Source: Coprobacillaceae bacterium (GTDB lineage Bacteria; Bacillota_I; Bacilli_A; Erysipelotrichales; Coprobacillaceae). Taken from it: 32,000 bases of DNA. The stretch's first letter is position 1, and each line of letters begins with the position of its first letter. The notes beneath the pieces were generated by a model, which saw only the letters and a list, made by a program, of their open reading frames with translations, was not told where the DNA came from and searched no databases. Shown here one piece after another: positions 23,618 through 32,000 of this stretch. The stretch spans positions 2,790,001 through 2,822,000 of the forward strand of contig OY776328.1 in assembly GCA_963675515.1 (NCBI GenBank), read 5' to 3'. The translations under genes and the position numbers were made by a program.

Positions 23618-25096
23618 CTATTCAATATTGGTATAACCCATAAAATCTCTGTCAATCGCTTTGGCAACAAGGCGACCTTCATTCATCGCATAAACGATCA
23701 ATGATTGACCGCGGCGCATGTCTCCGGCAACATAAATCTTTTCGTTGTTGGTCCTGAAGTTCTCATCAGCGCGGACATTGCATCTTTCAGTCAGCTCGAC
23801 ATTGAACAGACCTGCCAGCTTGTCGTCGCAACCGGTGAATCCAGCAGCAATCAATACAAGTTGAGCCGGCAACACTTCTTCGCTGCCTTGAACTTTTGTC
23901 ATTGTCCGTTTTCCGTCGACCACGTCGAATTTCAATTTGACAGTTTTCACACCGGCAACATTTCCATCCTTGTCAAGGATGAACTCCTCAACTGTAGTCT
24001 GGAAAAGGCGTGGATCGTGTTCGAATACCGCGATGGCTTCTTCTTGACCATAGTCGGTTTTCTTAACCCGTGGCCATTCCGGCCATGGATTGTCCTGGGT
24101 CCGTTGCATCGGCGGTTCCGGCATCATTTCCAGCTGAACCACTGATTTGCATCCCTGACGGACAGCAGTTCCCACACAGTCATTTCCGGTATCTCCCCCA
24201 CCGATGACGATCACATCTTTGCCTTTGGCATCGATGAATTTCTTATCGGCGAAGTTGCTGTCAAGCAATGATTTTGTAACGCTCGTCAGATATTCCATTG
24301 CCATGAAGATGTTTTTCCCGTTGCGGTTTGGAACATTGATATCTCTGGCGGTGCTGGCTCCGGTAGCCAGAACAACACGGTCGAAATTGTCCATGATTTC
24401 TTTGGCCTGGGCTTTTGAGTTTACCGGAGTGTTTACCAGGAATTCAACTCCCTCTGTCTTCATCAGGTCAATCCGGCGGTCGATGATGTGTTTTTCCAAC
24501 TTCATGTTGGGAATCCCATACATCATCAATCCCCCAACCCGGTCAGCCTTTTCATATACAGTAACCTGGTACCCGCGCTTGTTTAGGGTGTCGGCAACTG
24601 CAAGGCCGGCTGGACCTGAACCGATTATGGCAATTTTCTTGTCGATTCGGGTTTCAGGAATTTGCGGTTTGACCAAACCATGTTCGAATCCGTATTCGAT
24701 GATGGCGAATTCGTTTTCTTTTATCGAAACCGGATCTCCGTTCAAGGAGCAAGTGCATGCGGCTTCACATAAAGCCGGGCAGACACGGGCTGTAAATTCA
24801 GGGAAGTTGCTTGTCTTCAACAAGCGTTCCAACGCTTTTGGATAGTTGTTGTGGTATACGGCATCATTCCATTCAGGCACGAGGTTGTTCAAAGGACATC
24901 CGATTGTGATTCCGTTGATCATCGCTCCTGATTGACAGAAAGGTATTCCGCAATCCATACACCGAGCCCCTTGAAGAGCTTGCTCTTCCTTTGACAACGG
25001 TTCATGGAATTCATTGTAATGTTTGATTCTCTCTTTTGGATCTTGTGCGCTTGAATCCTGGCGCTCGTAATCCATAAAACCAGTTGGTTTACCCAT
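23618..25096 (-). CDS. gltD: Glutamate synthase (NADPH) small subunit
   Basis: It has an N-terminal Fe-S cluster region (CMDCGIPFC) and two Rossmann GxGxxG motifs (IIGSGPAG, VIGGGDTG). The start overlaps the gltB stop codon. Confidence 0.95.
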   Translation of the reverse strand: MGKPTGFMDYERQDSSAQDPKERIKHYNEFHEPLSKEEQALQGARCMDCGIPFCQSGAMINGITIGCPLNNLVPEWNDAVYHNNYPKALERLLKTSNFPEFTARVCPALCEAACTCSLNGDPVSIKENEFAIIEYGFEHGLVKPQIPETRIDKKIAIIGSGPAGLAVADTLNKRGYQVTVYEKADRVGGLMMYGIPNMKLEKHIIDRRIDLMKTEGVEFLVNTPVNSKAQAKEIMDNFDRVVLATGASTARDINVPNRNGKNIFMAMEYLTSVTKSLLDSNFADKKFIDAKGKDVIVIGGGDTGNDCVGTAVRQGCKSVVQLEMMPEPPMQRTQDNPWPEWPRVKKTDYGQEEAIAVFEHDPRLFQTTVEEFILDKDGNVAGVKTVKLKFDVVDGKRTMTKVQGSEEVLPAQLVLIAAGFTGCDDKLAGLFNVELTERCNVRADENFRTNNEKIYVAGDMRRGQSLIVYAMNEGRLVAKAIDRDFMGYTNIE

Positions 25097-28000
25097 TATT
25101 TACTCCTTTCTTAACTTCATTGAAAGCCTCAATGCGCGCTTGTTCTTCAGTCAATCCAAGGTTTTCATACTTTTTGATCATTTCAACCATTTTTTGGTAT
25201 ACTCCCGGAATGACTTTCTTGAATCTGCTTGCCTGATTTTCGAAGTCTTCTAATATTTCTTTGGCAACAATCGAACCTGTCGCCTTGTAATGTTTTTCAA
25301 CCAATTGTTGAAGCTGTTCTTTATCATATTTGGATGACACTGGATCGTAAGAAACCAATGCCGGGTTGACATTTTGATAGAAAGTGTTGTCTTTGTCGTA
25401 AACATATGCGATTCCGCCTGACATACCTGCAGCGAAGTTGCGCCCGGTTTTTCCAAGTACCGCAACAAGACCACCAGTCATGTATTCGCATCCGTGATCA
25501 CCCACACCTTCGACAACCGCATGAGCACCCGAGTTGCGGACGCAGAAACGTTCTCCGGCAACACCATTGATATAGGCTTCACCAGAAGTCGCACCAAAGA
25601 AGCATACGTTACCTACGATTATGTTTTCATCAGCTTTGAATGTCGCTTCAGCCGGTGTCTTGACGATGATTTTACCACCTGAAAGACCTTTACCAAGGTA
25701 ATCGTTGGTATCGCCGGTGATATCGATTGTCAGACCTTTAGGGATGAATGCCCCACATGATTGACCAACCGATCCTTTGGCATCGATCACGAATGTGTCG
25801 TCCGCCAGGGTTTCACCGTATTTCTTTGTCAGCTGCGATCCGAAAATCGTACCGAAACTGCGGTCAAGGTTGTTGACATCCATTTTAAGTGTCTGTGCCT
25901 GAGCTTTGTTGTCCATTTTGAATTTCTTCATCAGGACAGTTGTATCTTTGACTTCGTCAAGTTTGAAGTCATAAACCATTTTTGGATCGAATTTCACGTT
26001 TTCAGCTTTCGCGAATTCAGGATTCAACACTCTTGCAAGATCGATAGGGCAGTCTTGAGCAGCTTCAAGCAAGTCAACACGACCTACCATTTCATCGATT
26101 GTCCTGAATCCCAATTCAGCCATAACTTCACGCATGTCTTGAGCGACGAATCTCATGAAGTTTTCGACGTATTCCGGTTTTCCAGTGAAACGTTTTCTCA
26201 GTTCCGGATTTTGAGTTGCCACTCCTACCGGGCAGGTATCCAGGTTGCATACCCTCATCATGATACATCCCATTGTGATCAATGGAACTGTCGCAAAACC
26301 GTATTCCTGAGCACCAAGCAGCGCAGCTATAGCCAGGTCGCGACCCGTCATCAACTTACCGTCAGTCTCGATAATCACTCGTTTTCTCAAGTCGTTTTCA
26401 ATCAGGTTCTGGTGGGCTTCAACCAGACCCAATTCCCATGGCAATCCGGCATTGAATACCGAGTTTTTAGGTGCCGCACCGGTACCGCCATCGTATCCTG
26501 AAATAAGGATTACTTCAGCTCCGGCTTTGGCCACACCAGCCGCAATAGTTCCAACCCCAGCTTCAGAAACCAGTTTTACTGAGATTCTGGCTTGAGTGTT
26601 CGCATTTTTCAAATCGTAAATCAATTGCGCCAAATCTTCAATCGAATAAATATCATGATGTGGCGGTGGAGAAATCAAGTCAACCCCTGGAGTCGAGTGA
26701 CGGGTTTTTGCTACCCATGGATAAACTTTCATCGCTGGAAGTTGACCACCTTCACCCGGTTTAGCTCCCTGAGCCATTTTGATCTGGATTTCTTGGGCCG
26801 AATTCAGGTATTTCGAAGTAACACCGAAGCGTCCTGAAGCGACCTGTTTGATTGCCGAACAACGGCTGTCACCGTTAGGAAGTGGTGTGAATCTTTCTTC
26901 ATCTTCGCCACCCTCACCTGAGTTAGAACGCCCTTTCAGGCGGTTCATTGCAATCGCCATACACTCATGGGCTTCTTTGGAAATCGAACCATAAGACATC
27001 GCTCCGGTTTTGAAGCGGGTTACGATTGAGTCAACCGGTTCAACTTCATCGATTGAGATCGACTCGGTCTTTTTGAAGCGTAATTGTCCTCTTAAATTCA
27101 GACTTTCCCCTTCTTTATTGATAAGGTTGGCATATTTTTTGAACAGGTTGTAGTCACCGGTTCTGGTAGCCTGTTGAAGCAGGTAGATTGTTTCTGGTTT
27201 GTACAGATGGATTTCTTTTCCAGCCCGTTCATTAAGCTCACCGCTGCTGTCAAGTGAATTGTCGACAGCCAGTCCTAGTGGGTCGTAAACCTTGTTGTGA
27301 CGATATTCGACATCCTTTTCGATGTCTTCGATATCGTTACCTTCAACCCTGCTTACAGTACCTTTGAAGTATTTGTTTATCAATGCTGAAGACAGACCGA
27401 TAGCCTCGAAGTTTTGAGACCCGCGGTATGACTGGATTGTCGAGATACCCATTTTTGAAGCAATCTTGATGATCCCATGGATTATCGCTTCATTGTAATC
27501 TTCAATAGCCGCAGTGAAGTCCTTGTCGATCGATCCGTCGTTGATCATTTCGATGATAGTATCTTGGGCCAGGTAAGGATTGATCGCGCTGGCACCGTAT
27601 CCAAGCAATGTCGCGAAATGGTGAACTTCACGTGGTTCGCCCGATTCAACGATCAAAGCGACCGAATTGCGTTTTTTGGTGTTGACCAGATGTTGGTTAA
27701 GAGCCGCAGTGATAAGCAATGAAGGAATCGGCATGTGATATTCGTCAATTTCCCTATCAGACAGGATGATGATGTTAGCCCCTTTATGGTAGGCTTTGTC
27801 TACAAGGTTGCACACCTTTTCAATAGCCTGTTCAAGGCTTGTGTTCTTGATATATGTGGTAGGAACTGTCTCAACTTTGAATCCGCTCTTGTTGAAGCTG
27901 CGGATCTTGAGCATGTCGACGTTCGAAAGAATCGGGTTTTCGATTTTCAACAGACGGCAGTTTTCCGCCTTGTCTTCAAGCATGTTCCCTTCGCATCCCA

Positions 28001-29591
28001 GATAAAGGGTTGAAGAAGTGACGATTTCCTCTCTGATCGCGTCGATAGGCGGATTTGTCACTTGGGCGAACAACTGCTTGAAGTAGTTGAAAAGAGGCGG
28101 ATGTTTTTTCGAGAACACGGCCAAAGGCGCATCGGTACCCATTGCGATTACAGTTTCATTCGCATTGAGGGCCATTGGTCTGATGTAGTCATTTACATCC
28201 TCATAAGAATATCCGAACACTTTTTGGCGGCGTTTAAGATCGTCACCGCTGTAGTTTTCAGGTTTCTTGTTTGGAATTTTCAGGTCATGCAGTTTGACCA
28301 GCTGTCTTTCGAGCCATTCACCATAAGGCGCTTTGTCCGCATATTCGCTCTTGATTTCGTCATCGGAGATCAGACGACCGGCAACTGTGTCGACAAGCAA
28401 CATTTTTCCTGGTCGCAGACGGTCTTTCAATTCCACGTCTTTTTCATCTATCGGCAATGCGCCAACTTCTGAAGAAAGCACCAGGTAACCATCCTTAGTA
28501 ATATAATAGCGTGAAGGACGCAGTCCGTTTCTATCAAGGATCGCACCCATGACTTCACCGTCACTAAAAAGAATAGAAGCAGGTCCGTCCCATGGTTCCA
28601 TTAGTGTAGCATGATATTCGTACATTGCGCGTTTTTTAGGGTCCATCGACTTGTTGTTTTCATGAGGCTCAGGAATTGTCATCATGACCGCACGAGGCAG
28701 AGGCATGCCAGCCATTACCAGGAATTCAAGTGTGTTGTCAAGACGTGCAGAATCGGAACCTGACAAATCAACTACCGGGTAAACTTTGTTTGTGTCAACC
28801 TGGTCGGTAGCCATATTTTCTTCACGAGAGAACATATTGTTGGCATTACCCTTGATTGTATTGATTTCACCGTTGTGAACAATAATACGGTTAGGATGGG
28901 CTCTTTTCCATGAAGGATTTGTATTAGTTGAGAAACGTGAATGGACCAGAGCTACTGCACTCTTATATTGTTTCGATTGCAGGTCTTTGAAGAAAGAACG
29001 CAATTGTCCTACCAGGAACATCCCTTTATAGACGATTGTCCTAGAAGAGAACGAACAAATATAAGTATCTTCAAAAGCGCTGTGTTCAAACAGACGTCTC
29101 ACTTCGTATAAACGGCGGTCAAAATCGAGACCTTTTTGAGTTTGTTTTGGTTTCGCCACAAAACATTGGGCGATGTAAGGCATCGCTTCTAGAGCTTTGC
29201 GACCAAGGACTTTAGGTGCCGTTGGGGCTTCACGCCAACCTAAAATTTCCAATTTTTCATTTTCAACAACCATCTCGAAATGCTTGATGACACGGTTGCG
29301 GATCAGACTTTCCTGAGGCAAGAACAACATTGCCACACCATATTCACCTTCGTCAGGCAATTTGAAACCCAAATCCAGGTTTGCAAAATATTCATGGGGA
29401 ATCTGAGTCAAGATTCCCACTCCATCACCAGTTTTGCCATCAGCATCTTTTCCAGCCCGATGCTCCAATTGTTCAACAATTGTCAAGGCATCACTGACTG
29501 TTTTATGAGTCTTCACACCTTTAATATTTACGACTGCGCCTATCCCACAATTGTCGTGTTCAAAGCTAGGATCGTACAAAGAATTTTTCAT
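25089..29591 (-). CDS. gltB: Glutamate synthase large subunit
   Basis: 1500 aa with the N-terminal amidotransferase Cys (HDNCGIG), FMN/3Fe-4S core motifs and a C-terminal GXGXG beta-helix. AAGAGGAGG precedes the ATG. Confidence 0.95.
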   Translation of the reverse strand: MKNSLYDPSFEHDNCGIGAVVNIKGVKTHKTVSDALTIVEQLEHRAGKDADGKTGDGVGILTQIPHEYFANLDLGFKLPDEGEYGVAMLFLPQESLIRNRVIKHFEMVVENEKLEILGWREAPTAPKVLGRKALEAMPYIAQCFVAKPKQTQKGLDFDRRLYEVRRLFEHSAFEDTYICSFSSRTIVYKGMFLVGQLRSFFKDLQSKQYKSAVALVHSRFSTNTNPSWKRAHPNRIIVHNGEINTIKGNANNMFSREENMATDQVDTNKVYPVVDLSGSDSARLDNTLEFLVMAGMPLPRAVMMTIPEPHENNKSMDPKKRAMYEYHATLMEPWDGPASILFSDGEVMGAILDRNGLRPSRYYITKDGYLVLSSEVGALPIDEKDVELKDRLRPGKMLLVDTVAGRLISDDEIKSEYADKAPYGEWLERQLVKLHDLKIPNKKPENYSGDDLKRRQKVFGYSYEDVNDYIRPMALNANETVIAMGTDAPLAVFSKKHPPLFNYFKQLFAQVTNPPIDAIREEIVTSSTLYLGCEGNMLEDKAENCRLLKIENPILSNVDMLKIRSFNKSGFKVETVPTTYIKNTSLEQAIEKVCNLVDKAYHKGANIIILSDREIDEYHMPIPSLLITAALNQHLVNTKKRNSVALIVESGEPREVHHFATLLGYGASAINPYLAQDTIIEMINDGSIDKDFTAAIEDYNEAIIHGIIKIASKMGISTIQSYRGSQNFEAIGLSSALINKYFKGTVSRVEGNDIEDIEKDVEYRHNKVYDPLGLAVDNSLDSSGELNERAGKEIHLYKPETIYLLQQATRTGDYNLFKKYANLINKEGESLNLRGQLRFKKTESISIDEVEPVDSIVTRFKTGAMSYGSISKEAHECMAIAMNRLKGRSNSGEGGEDEERFTPLPNGDSRCSAIKQVASGRFGVTSKYLNSAQEIQIKMAQGAKPGEGGQLPAMKVYPWVAKTRHSTPGVDLISPPPHHDIYSIEDLAQLIYDLKNANTQARISVKLVSEAGVGTIAAGVAKAGAEVILISGYDGGTGAAPKNSVFNAGLPWELGLVEAHQNLIENDLRKRVIIETDGKLMTGRDLAIAALLGAQEYGFATVPLITMGCIMMRVCNLDTCPVGVATQNPELRKRFTGKPEYVENFMRFVAQDMREVMAELGFRTIDEMVGRVDLLEAAQDCPIDLARVLNPEFAKAENVKFDPKMVYDFKLDEVKDTTVLMKKFKMDNKAQAQTLKMDVNNLDRSFGTIFGSQLTKKYGETLADDTFVIDAKGSVGQSCGAFIPKGLTIDITGDTNDYLGKGLSGGKIIVKTPAEATFKADENIIVGNVCFFGATSGEAYINGVAGERFCVRNSGAHAVVEGVGDHGCEYMTGGLVAVLGKTGRNFAAGMSGGIAYVYDKDNTFYQNVNPALVSYDPVSSKYDKEQLQQLVEKHYKATGSIVAKEILEDFENQASRFKKVIPGVYQKMVEMIKKYENLGLTEEQARIEAFNEVKKGVNNG

Positions 29592-29622
29592 TTGATAAAC
29601 CTCCTCTTAATTAGGTACGAAC

Positions 29623-29651
29623 AGTTTACTATATTTAATGATATTTGTAAA
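29623..29651 (-). promoter_or_regulatory. Candidate sigma-A promoter of gltBD
   Basis: The minus strand reads TTTACA, a 17-nt spacer, then TAAACT, about 30 nt upstream of the gltB ATG. Confidence 0.35.
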
Positions 29652-29770
29652 GAAATAATACGCTATTTAGGTTATTTCAAAATATTTCGCATTTTATTTG
29701 TATATTACATGTAATTTGCATACAATCTTCGCTGTATTTTACCCAATCACTTTCCTAAGTTGTAAAAATG

Positions 29771-29799
29771 TTGAAAAGACAATGAAAAAAGAGTATTAT
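29771..29799 (+). promoter_or_regulatory. Candidate sigma-A promoter of pduL
   Basis: TTGAAA (29771-29776), a 17-nt spacer, then TATTAT (29794-29799). The ORF-track ATG at 29798 lies inside this -10 box, which favours the ATG at 29822. Confidence 0.45.
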
Positions 29800-29821
29800 G
29801 GTTGATGAAAAGGAGATTATC

Positions 29822-30397
29822 ATGGATAAAAAAATTACTGTTGAAACATCAGCTAGACATGTGCATTTGAGTCAAGCTGATTTGGAAAAATTGTTTGGTG
29901 CGGATTACAAATTATGTGAAAAGAAGGCTCTTAGCCAGCCAGGTCAATTCGCCTGTGAGGAAAGAGTTACAATAGTCGGGCCAAAACGTCAACTGGAAAA
30001 TGTCATCATCCTGGGGCCTACCCGCAATAGCACACAAGTGGAATTGTCACTGACTGACGCGCGCGGTATTGGGATCATCGCTCCAATCAGGGAATCAGGA
30101 GACATCAGCGGAACTCCAGGTTGCAAACTGATAGGGCCGGCTGGTGAAGTTGAAATCAGCGAAGGTGTCATCGCTGCCAAACGTCACATTCACATGACCC
30201 CGGAAGATGCGGAGGCATTTGGAGTGAACGACAAGCAGACAGTCCAAGTCGAGGTAAACAACGAAGGCCGCTCTATCGTATTTGGAGATGTGGTGATCCG
30301 CGTCAGCGACAAATTCGCAACATTCATGCATATCGATACCGACGAATGCAACGCCGCAGGCGGTGTGCTCACTTCATCAGGTACCATTATAAAATAG
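29822..30397 (+). CDS. pduL: PduL-type phosphate acyl(propanoyl/acetyl)transferase
   Basis: The duplicated PduL motifs SARHVHLS and AKRHIHMT are present, plus GPxR...LGP. AAAGGAG lies 6 nt before the ATG at 29822. Confidence 0.85.
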   Translation: MDKKITVETSARHVHLSQADLEKLFGADYKLCEKKALSQPGQFACEERVTIVGPKRQLENVIILGPTRNSTQVELSLTDARGIGIIAPIRESGDISGTPGCKLIGPAGEVEISEGVIAAKRHIHMTPEDAEAFGVNDKQTVQVEVNNEGRSIVFGDVVIRVSDKFATFMHIDTDECNAAGGVLTSSGTIIK

Positions 30398-30404
30398 TCG
30401 CCAC

Positions 30405-30431
30405 AAGCAGGAAATAATCCTGCTTTTTTTT
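30405..30431 (+). terminator. Rho-independent terminator of pduL
   Basis: The stem pairs AAGCAGGA (30405-30412) with TCCTGCTT (30418-30425) around the loop AATAA, followed by a T-run to 30431. Confidence 0.75.
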
Positions 30432-30456
30432 GCGCCCATTTTTTATGATGAGATAT

Positions 30457-30482
30457 AAAAAAATAGCTAGCAAAGCTAGCTA
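30457..30482 (-). terminator. Rho-independent terminator of hup
   Basis: The stem pairs TAGCTAGC (30464-30471) with GCTAGCTA (30475-30482) around the loop AAA. On the minus strand it is followed by TTTTTTT. Confidence 0.75.
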
Positions 30483-30488
30483 CATATC

Positions 30489-30764
30489 TTATTTGTTTAA
30501 TGCGTCTTTGAATGTAGAACTTGCTTTGAATCCAGGAGCTTTGCTTGCCGCGATTTGGATGACTTCCTTGGTTCTAGGATTGTGACCTTGACGTGCAGCT
30601 CTTTCACGAACTTCAAATGTTCCAAATCCTTTGATTGCAACTTTGTTGCCGGCAACTAATTCATCAGATACAACACCTACAAAAGCATTCAACATTTTTT
30701 CTACTTCAGTTTTTGGTAAATCTGTTGCAGCAGCGATTGCTCCAATTAATTCAGTTTTATTCAT
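30489..30764 (-). CDS. hup: HU-family DNA-binding protein
   Basis: 91 aa: MNKTELI...GFGTFEVRERAAR.GHNPRT, the classic HU signature. Confidence 0.95.
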   Translation of the reverse strand: MNKTELIGAIAAATDLPKTEVEKMLNAFVGVVSDELVAGNKVAIKGFGTFEVRERAARQGHNPRTKEVIQIAASKAPGFKASSTFKDALNK

Positions 30765-30869
30765 TTTCTATCTCCATTTCATTATAAAGTTTACCACTAC
30801 ATTATATCCCTAATCAGGCCATTTTGCAACATAATAAGCAAGCATCGCCTGGCTTCAAAGAGGAATTAT

Positions 30870-31883
30870 TCACGAATTCACATATTTGATAAAGCGATTG
30901 ACGATATCGAAAGTGGTCGCGTATGAAGTCACGATCCGCGCCACGAGGTAATCATCATGTTTTTCAAAACACCCGATCTCGAATTCCTCATTGATGTAGT
31001 CAAATTCAACCTGACTCATTTTGAAGAACAGCTGGTTTGAGAAAGTTTCAAGATGCTGCTGGTAACCTTTCCTGACCATCGCATCCTTGATCATCGTAGC
31101 CATCGCATTTTCATGGCGTCCGATTGAAAGATAGAGTTCGTTTGAGAAAAGTTCCAGGAACTGGACTCCAAGAATCCGTCCCTTGGCCATCAGCGCGCCC
31201 CCTTGCTTGATCACATAACGGAAATCGGCCTGCAGTTGCTCATTGAGGATGACCAGGCATTCCCCAAAAAGCAATCCCGCCTTGGTTCCCCCAAAATAAA
31301 AGGCGTCGCAATTTGAAGCGATTGTTTGCAGGCTCGCCGCTCCATTGATTGCCAGGGCGCTGACAAGCCGGGCCCCGTCAATGTAGAAAAAAAGATTATG
31401 GGTTTTACAGAAGCTGTAAAGTTCCTTTATTTCATCGTCGCTGTAGCAAGTGCCATATTCGGTCGTCTGGGAAATGTAGACCATCTTCGGTTGGACCATA
31501 TGTTCATCTGTGTGGGTAGCCAGCACCTGAGCGATCAGATCGCAGGTCAGTTTCCCCTGTTCATTCTTTACTGTAATAATCTTATGGCCCGTGGCCTCGA
31601 TTGCGCCCGCCTCGTGGACAGCCACATGGCTGGAATCACAAGCTACAACCCCCTGAAAAACCCTCAAAACGCCTTTGATGAAGGTGGCGTTGGTCTGGGT
31701 TCCCCCGGCAAAAAAATGGATGTCCGCCTTTTCGTTGCCCATCAGAGTCCTGAGCTTATCGGCCGCTTTCAAGCAGAAGGGGTCAAGTCCATAGCCGGCT
31801 GTTTCCAGCTCGTTGGTGTCCATCAGCGCCTGCAAGATGCGCGGATGACATCCGGTCGAATAATCATTAAAAAATGTAGCCAT
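30870..31883 (-). CDS. Threonine aldolase / beta-eliminating-lyase-family PLP enzyme
   Basis: FAGGTQTN, the HVAVHEAGA motif and the FGGTKAG lysine context are present. About 337 aa, typical of low-specificity L-threonine aldolases. Confidence 0.75.
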   Translation of the reverse strand: MATFFNDYSTGCHPRILQALMDTNELETAGYGLDPFCLKAADKLRTLMGNEKADIHFFAGGTQTNATFIKGVLRVFQGVVACDSSHVAVHEAGAIEATGHKIITVKNEQGKLTCDLIAQVLATHTDEHMVQPKMVYISQTTEYGTCYSDDEIKELYSFCKTHNLFFYIDGARLVSALAINGAASLQTIASNCDAFYFGGTKAGLLFGECLVILNEQLQADFRYVIKQGGALMAKGRILGVQFLELFSNELYLSIGRHENAMATMIKDAMVRKGYQQHLETFSNQLFFKMSQVEFDYINEEFEIGCFEKHDDYLVARIVTSYATTFDIVNRFIKYVNS

Positions 31884-31884
31884 A

Positions 31885-32000
31885 TTACCCCTTTCTAGGA
31901 TACAAGATCCCGTACCGGAAATAGACCAAGTCCAAAAAAGTCTTAATCACGGTTGTTTCATTGGTGGAAGATTCGAAGATATCGTTTATTATCCCATCAA
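31885..32000 (-). CDS. 3' end of an unidentified gene running out of the window
   Basis: The minus-strand frame is open from the window edge to the TAA at 31885-31887 (...DGIINDIFESSTNETTVIKTFLDLVYFRYGILYPRKG). The stop lies 1 nt before the next ATG, which suggests an operon. Confidence 0.4.
   Translation of the reverse strand, partial: DGIINDIFESSTNETTVIKTFLDLVYFRYGILYPRKG

Noticed and set aside
29646-29724. TnrA/GlnR-type box (TGTNAN7TNACA) in the gltB-pduL intergenic region
   Set aside because: TGTAAAGAAATAATACG and TGTAATTTGCATACA both miss the consensus spacing or the right half-site. Only a generic short palindrome remains, and that is noted under the pduL finding.
1-32000. Looked for CRISPR arrays, tRNA/rRNA genes, riboswitch-like leaders and long tandem repeats across the whole window
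   Set aside because: I found no regularly spaced direct repeats, no cloverleaf-like GC-rich segments in intergenic DNA, and no long conserved-looking leaders. Intergenic regions are short or AT-rich promoter and terminator DNA. This was an eye scan, so small ncRNAs cannot be excluded.

Overview
The window looks like a low-GC Gram-positive (Bacillota-type) chromosome: strong GGAGG-type ribosome-binding sites and the cdaA-cdaR-glmM operon. It splits into three zones.

Zone 1 (1 to about 8245) is one end of a plasmid-like integrative element, with every gene on the minus strand. In transcription order these are an HTH/excisionase-like protein, an XRE repressor with a 4-TM membrane protein, a small acidic ORF, ParA, ParB, a DUF6017-type replication-initiator-like protein, a DUF4406 protein, the AbiEi/AbiEii type IV toxin-antitoxin (abortive-infection) pair, and a membrane-anchored ORF. 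No recombinase or conjugation genes lie inside the window.

Zone 2 (8221-15345) starts with a roughly 200-bp stump of a chromosomal lipoprotein gene. A nest of five insertion sequences follows. The outer element is a large Zn-ribbon IS6-like IS (8450-15337, 12-bp terminal inverted repeats, 8-bp target duplication AATATATC). Its 5' region was hit back-to-back by an ISL3 and an IS1595 element at the same octamer, so TTAAATAT is present three times. Its right end was hit by an IS3 element, and that IS3's right terminus carries an IS256 insertion (8-bp duplication GTACCATA).

Zone 3 (15338-32000) is ordinary core genome: a LacI-family regulator, a transglutaminase-like lipoprotein, an OmpR/histidine-kinase pair, glmM, cdaR, cdaA, gltD, gltB, a standalone pduL, hup, a threonine-aldolase-like PLP enzyme, and the 3' end of one more gene.

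I saw no rRNA, tRNA or CRISPR array. I did not find a convincingly novel multi-gene system. The best leads are:
- the uncharacterised large IS6-like element and the look-alike-end targeting pattern in the IS nest;
- the AbiE cassette bracketed by DUF4406 3'-end repeats, which suggests a cargo-swapping hotspot;
- the XRE/membrane-protein module with a perfect 28-bp operator.

All family names come from reading the translated ORFs by eye. No database search was run.
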